NCBI GenBank assembly: GCA_043228905.1
Contig: JBHGNT010000015.1
Span: 7,006,001 to 7,070,000 of the forward strand
Direction: 5' to 3'
Origin: Azolla caroliniana
Lineage: Eukaryota > Plantae > Polypodiophyta
DNA: 64,000 bases
Within the stretch, counting starts at the first letter, position 1; every line of letters begins with the position of its first letter. Of this stretch, positions 60,182 through 64,000 are shown piece by piece. The notes beneath the pieces are model-generated. The model saw only the letters and a program-made list of their open reading frames with translations. It was not told the DNA's origin and made no database searches. Position numbers and translations under genes: made by a program.

Positions 60182-62144
60182 GGGAGGTTAAAGGCAGGGA
60201 TGGGAAGGTCGTGGCGATGGAGAGAGGCAGGGTTGTGTGTGCGTCTTGCGCCTGGACACGGAGAGGAAGGTTTGTGCGCACAGAAGAGAGAGACAGAGAC
60301 AGAGACAGAGACAGAGAGTCCACGAAGATCGATCGATCGATCGATCATTCTTTTGTTTTTTTCCTCTTTCTTTCTTGTGTTTTTTTTTCCCTTTGTGAGA
60401 GATGAGAGAGAGATGAGAGAGAGAGAGAGAGAGAGAGAGAGTCGACTTTCTTTTTTCCTTCTTTTCAAAGCCTTTACAGGTAACAAAGAATGTGTGTATG
60501 TGTGCGCCTCCAATTTTATTTCTTTATTTATTAATCATTTTGACTCCACTTACGATTCTCTTTTTCTTTGCCACCCACGGCTCTTGCATTTCACATCGCT
60601 CTCTCGTTGTTGACTTTTGCGATGGACCGACCGATCGTACGCATGGCATGGCATGGCATGATATGGCATGATATGGCATGATATGGCAACGCCCCACTTC
60701 TCGTGGTCATCGTATGAGCCTCCTCTCTGCTCTCTTCTTGCCAGGCCAGAGCTGATCCACACTCCTCACCCCAGCCTCTGCCTCTGCCCTGTGGAAGAAG
60801 AATCGATCTCATCAATCGATCCACAATGTGTTGTTTTTCTTTTGTTCTGGGTGTACATCATGTGCCTCCATATGTTTTTATCGATGCATGTGTTTTGTTT
60901 GTCTATTTCTTGAAGATCGTATTTCCCTCCAAGACGAAGTTCGCTACCACATCTTCTTCTGGCCTTACAATTTATTAATCTCTTTCTTCAGTAGGTGAGG
61001 CCATTACCAAGATAGTAGTTAGGCACTTGCTCATGCTTGCAATGCCCTTGTTTTCTTTTTTTTGGCCGGGGGGTTGCTAGTTATCTTGTACCTTTGAATT
61101 CATGCATTTTATTTTGTTTTTTATTTGAGGTTCTTTTAAGCTTTTCTCATTTATTTGTATTATACGACATTTTACATTGAATGACAACAAAATCAAAAGC
61201 AAGTTTTAAGTCACCTCATTTGGTAAGGCAATAGTCAATTTTTCGACTCACCAAACAATATAGATATTTGGTGTTGTTAAGTTTAGGTAATAGTAGAGTC
61301 AAGCGCAAATATAAGCCCCATTTATGGTTGACATTGCTTGGTCTCTTGTTAGCATTTAAAATGAAAGTCTCATTGATATTAATTGCAACCATAGTATGAA
61401 CCATACGTGCATTCGAGTATGGTTGAAGTATGATAAATAACATACTTTTGTATTTAGCATTTATTATAAGGTAGAACAATTTTTTAAGGTAAGGTAAAAA
61501 ATGTAAAAAAAAACATAAATATGTTTTCAGAAGATGCGCATTTGTTTGCAAACATATGAAAAAGAATGTTTGCAAATGCATTCGAGTATATTACGTACTT
61601 GATTGCAACTTGACCTCCCTAAGGATAAATGTTCCTAGTTATAAATGGAATGCGAGCATTCTACGCTTGGATTCATTGGAGGTGTTAAGAACCTCTTACT
61701 AAAGAATAAACCAAATTGAAGTAAAAAAAAGGTAAATAGATTGGATAGAGGAACACGACCCTCCTGACCAACCTGGAGCTATGATTGAGACATGGCCAAA
61801 TACCACCATTGTCTCATACCAATGAATAAGGATGACTACTACCTTGGAAGAGGTAACATGATCATCCCGACAAAAGCTTAAGCACCACCACTAGTGTCTC
61901 ATGACTTCAGCCTTCCAATGTAATGTATCTATCTAGGCCTCGTGTTTGTACATTCTCCCAGACCCCTTCAATAGGTGTGTCTTTTTAAAAGACTCCCCCC
62001 CATCTATTGGTTTTCAATATTGTAATAGTGCATGCATCGGTCATTCCGTCTATTAGGTCCTTTCTAACATTAGCAAACATATGTTTTACTTATGTTTTGT
62101 AAATATTAATAGTCTACCCTCACCTATGTTATGTGTACATAAAA

Positions 62145-62465
62145 TACTCCCCCACTTCAAAAGCTTGCACTCTTGCATATAAAATGAGGAAATTGGGAAT
62201 TGAGAGCATGCTCCCGTTCCCATGTGGCATCATCAATAGATTTATCCATCCATTTGATATTGAATTGAGGTTTGTAAGACAATACTTTCATGTTACAAGA
62301 ACCTTTATTGTGATGATGTTATCACCATAGAATAAAAATGGTTTTAGATTATTGATGTGAAAAACATGATGAATACCAACACCATAGGGTAAGGCAAGGT
62401 GATAAGCGGATGATCCTAATCGCTTAAGGATTCCAAAAAGGCTACAATATTGTGGGGCTTAGTGC
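62145..62465 (-). mobile_element. Chromovirus remnant: integrase GPY/F tail plus chromodomain, PPT at ~62148-62158
   Basis: Minus-strand translation AYHLALP...IHHVFHINNLK and IKWMDKSIDDATWERE...QFPHF. Confidence 0.75.
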
Positions 62466-62508
62466 ACAGACATGAAGATAATGACGTAGAGTCAGTAGCT
62501 ACACACTA

Positions 62509-64000
62509 TTTTTTTATTTTTTTCCAAAAACAAAACTCTTTCCATTAGTTATAAATTTTTACAAATGAGAATGTTATATACAAATCTCATTAGTGACTCG
62601 ATAGTTCCATCTTATGTGGAGGCCCACTAACTCAAGAAAGGGAGAGGAAAACAATTGTTGGATGAAGGTTAATCGTTGTCTTTTGACTCCATCGGAGCCG
62701 CCCGGGAGGCCATCGTATTGGTTCTTTAGAGTGGCTACAAATTCACATCCATATCTCCTGTAATAACATTGCTTGATGCATGGTTTGATTGGAAAAGACT
62801 CGTCTACATCGTTGTTTCTAAAGAATCCAAAGATTTATTGAGCTGACCAATTCCAACACAACTTGACCTTTGGCATTTATAGGAGTTGAGTGGATATTGT
62901 AGATGGTGAAAAACAAAATCTCTTGTGCCTTTATCACCAACATCATCCCCTCCTACCGATGTTCATACTTGTCAACTAGGGCCTATCATGATAACCAACA
63001 TACATTCCCCCACTTGATTGCGTAGTGATTCGATAGTTCCATCTTATGTGGAGGCCCACTAACTCAAGAAAGGGAGAGGAAAACAATTGTTGGATGAAGG
63101 TTAATCATTATCTTTCGACTCCATTGGAACCACCTGTGAGGCCATCGTATTGGCTCTTTAGAGTGGCTACAACTTCACATCCATATCTCCTGTAATAACA
63201 TTGCTTGATGCACGGTTTGATTGGAAAAGACTCGTCTACACCGTTGTTTCTAAAGAATCCAAAGAGTTATTGAGCTGACCAATTTCAACACAACTTGAGC
63301 TTTGGCATTAATAGGAGTTGAATGGATATTGTAGATGGTGAAAAACAAAATCTCTTGTCCCTTTATCACCAACATCATCCCCTCCTACCGATGTTCGTAC
63401 TTGTCAACTAGGGCCTATCATGATAACCAACATACATTCCCCCACTTTATTGTGTCTTGCACTTGGCATAATTGCAATAGGCGTCCAACCCCCTCCAGTT
63501 GGATGCGTCTCTGGGCATTCCCATAGAGCATGTCGGATTGACTCTGTTACATTCGGGCACGCTACACAATTAGGAGAGCTAAGGATCCCACGCTGCCATG
63601 CTCCAACCAGCAGTAACCTATGTATTAATAGCCATTGGAACGTGGTAATTCGTCGAGTGTGGTGTTGTTTCCATATTTTCTGCCAAAACTTGGTAATAAT
63701 TGTATGGGAAACATGATATGTGTGCCAAATCTTTGTAGTAGTCGACTCTCGGGCATTTTGAGCGGTTAGAATGTGGTGACCCAATCTAGTCGTGAATTGG
63801 AAGAAAGGGATGGCTTTGCTTACTTGACCCGCATAAGGATCGCGCCACGTCCATTACAAAGGGTCCCAATTACGTAGCCATGTGTTTTCATGACTACATA
63901 TGTGCCATTCTGGTTGTACTTTGATCAATCAGATCGAGGTCTAGAATCCATTTACGACCATATGTGAGTAATTGAATTGCCATGCTCAATGTTGGTACCT
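62509..64000 (-). mobile_element. L1-type LINE 3' end (zf-RVT region) with a 2 x ~432-bp tandem duplication and poly(A) remnant
   Basis: FWQKIW...TFQWLLIHR...CVACPNVTESIRHALWECP; T-tract ~62509-62523; duplicates start at 62591 and 63023. Confidence 0.8.

Overview
Eukaryotic, land-plant DNA. The tRNA-iMet and tRNA-Trp primer sites, retroelement lineages and intron style suggest a seed-free plant such as a fern, lycophyte or bryophyte (inference). About 1-51.5 kb is a deep nest of transposons. It includes (i) a very young, intact Ty1/copia (9329-14792, 674-bp LTRs with 1 mismatch seen, TSD CTTCC); (ii) a copia whose interior is replaced by the 3' half of a Ty3/gypsy with a ~1030-aa extra ORF (1570-8639); (iii) a multi-level copia > copia > solo-LTR > gypsy > solo-LTR nest (25.9-46 kb), containing a tRNA-Trp-primed gypsy with a 4-bp TSD and a 2.4-kb LTR-like insert that carries its own ORF. 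The most unusual structure is an ~8.4-kb imperfect palindrome (15117-23480, ~106-bp spacer). Each arm carries an inward-pointing spliced gene copy with a RING-H2-like motif. One predicted intron of that gene is filled by a satellite built on the palindrome TAGCTAATTAGCTA, which also occurs near the element termini. The only clear host gene is a 13-exon SCAMP gene on the minus strand (60181-52752, 291 aa, one GC-AG intron). Chromovirus and L1 LINE remnants follow it. Coordinates were read by eye and no alignments or database searches were run.
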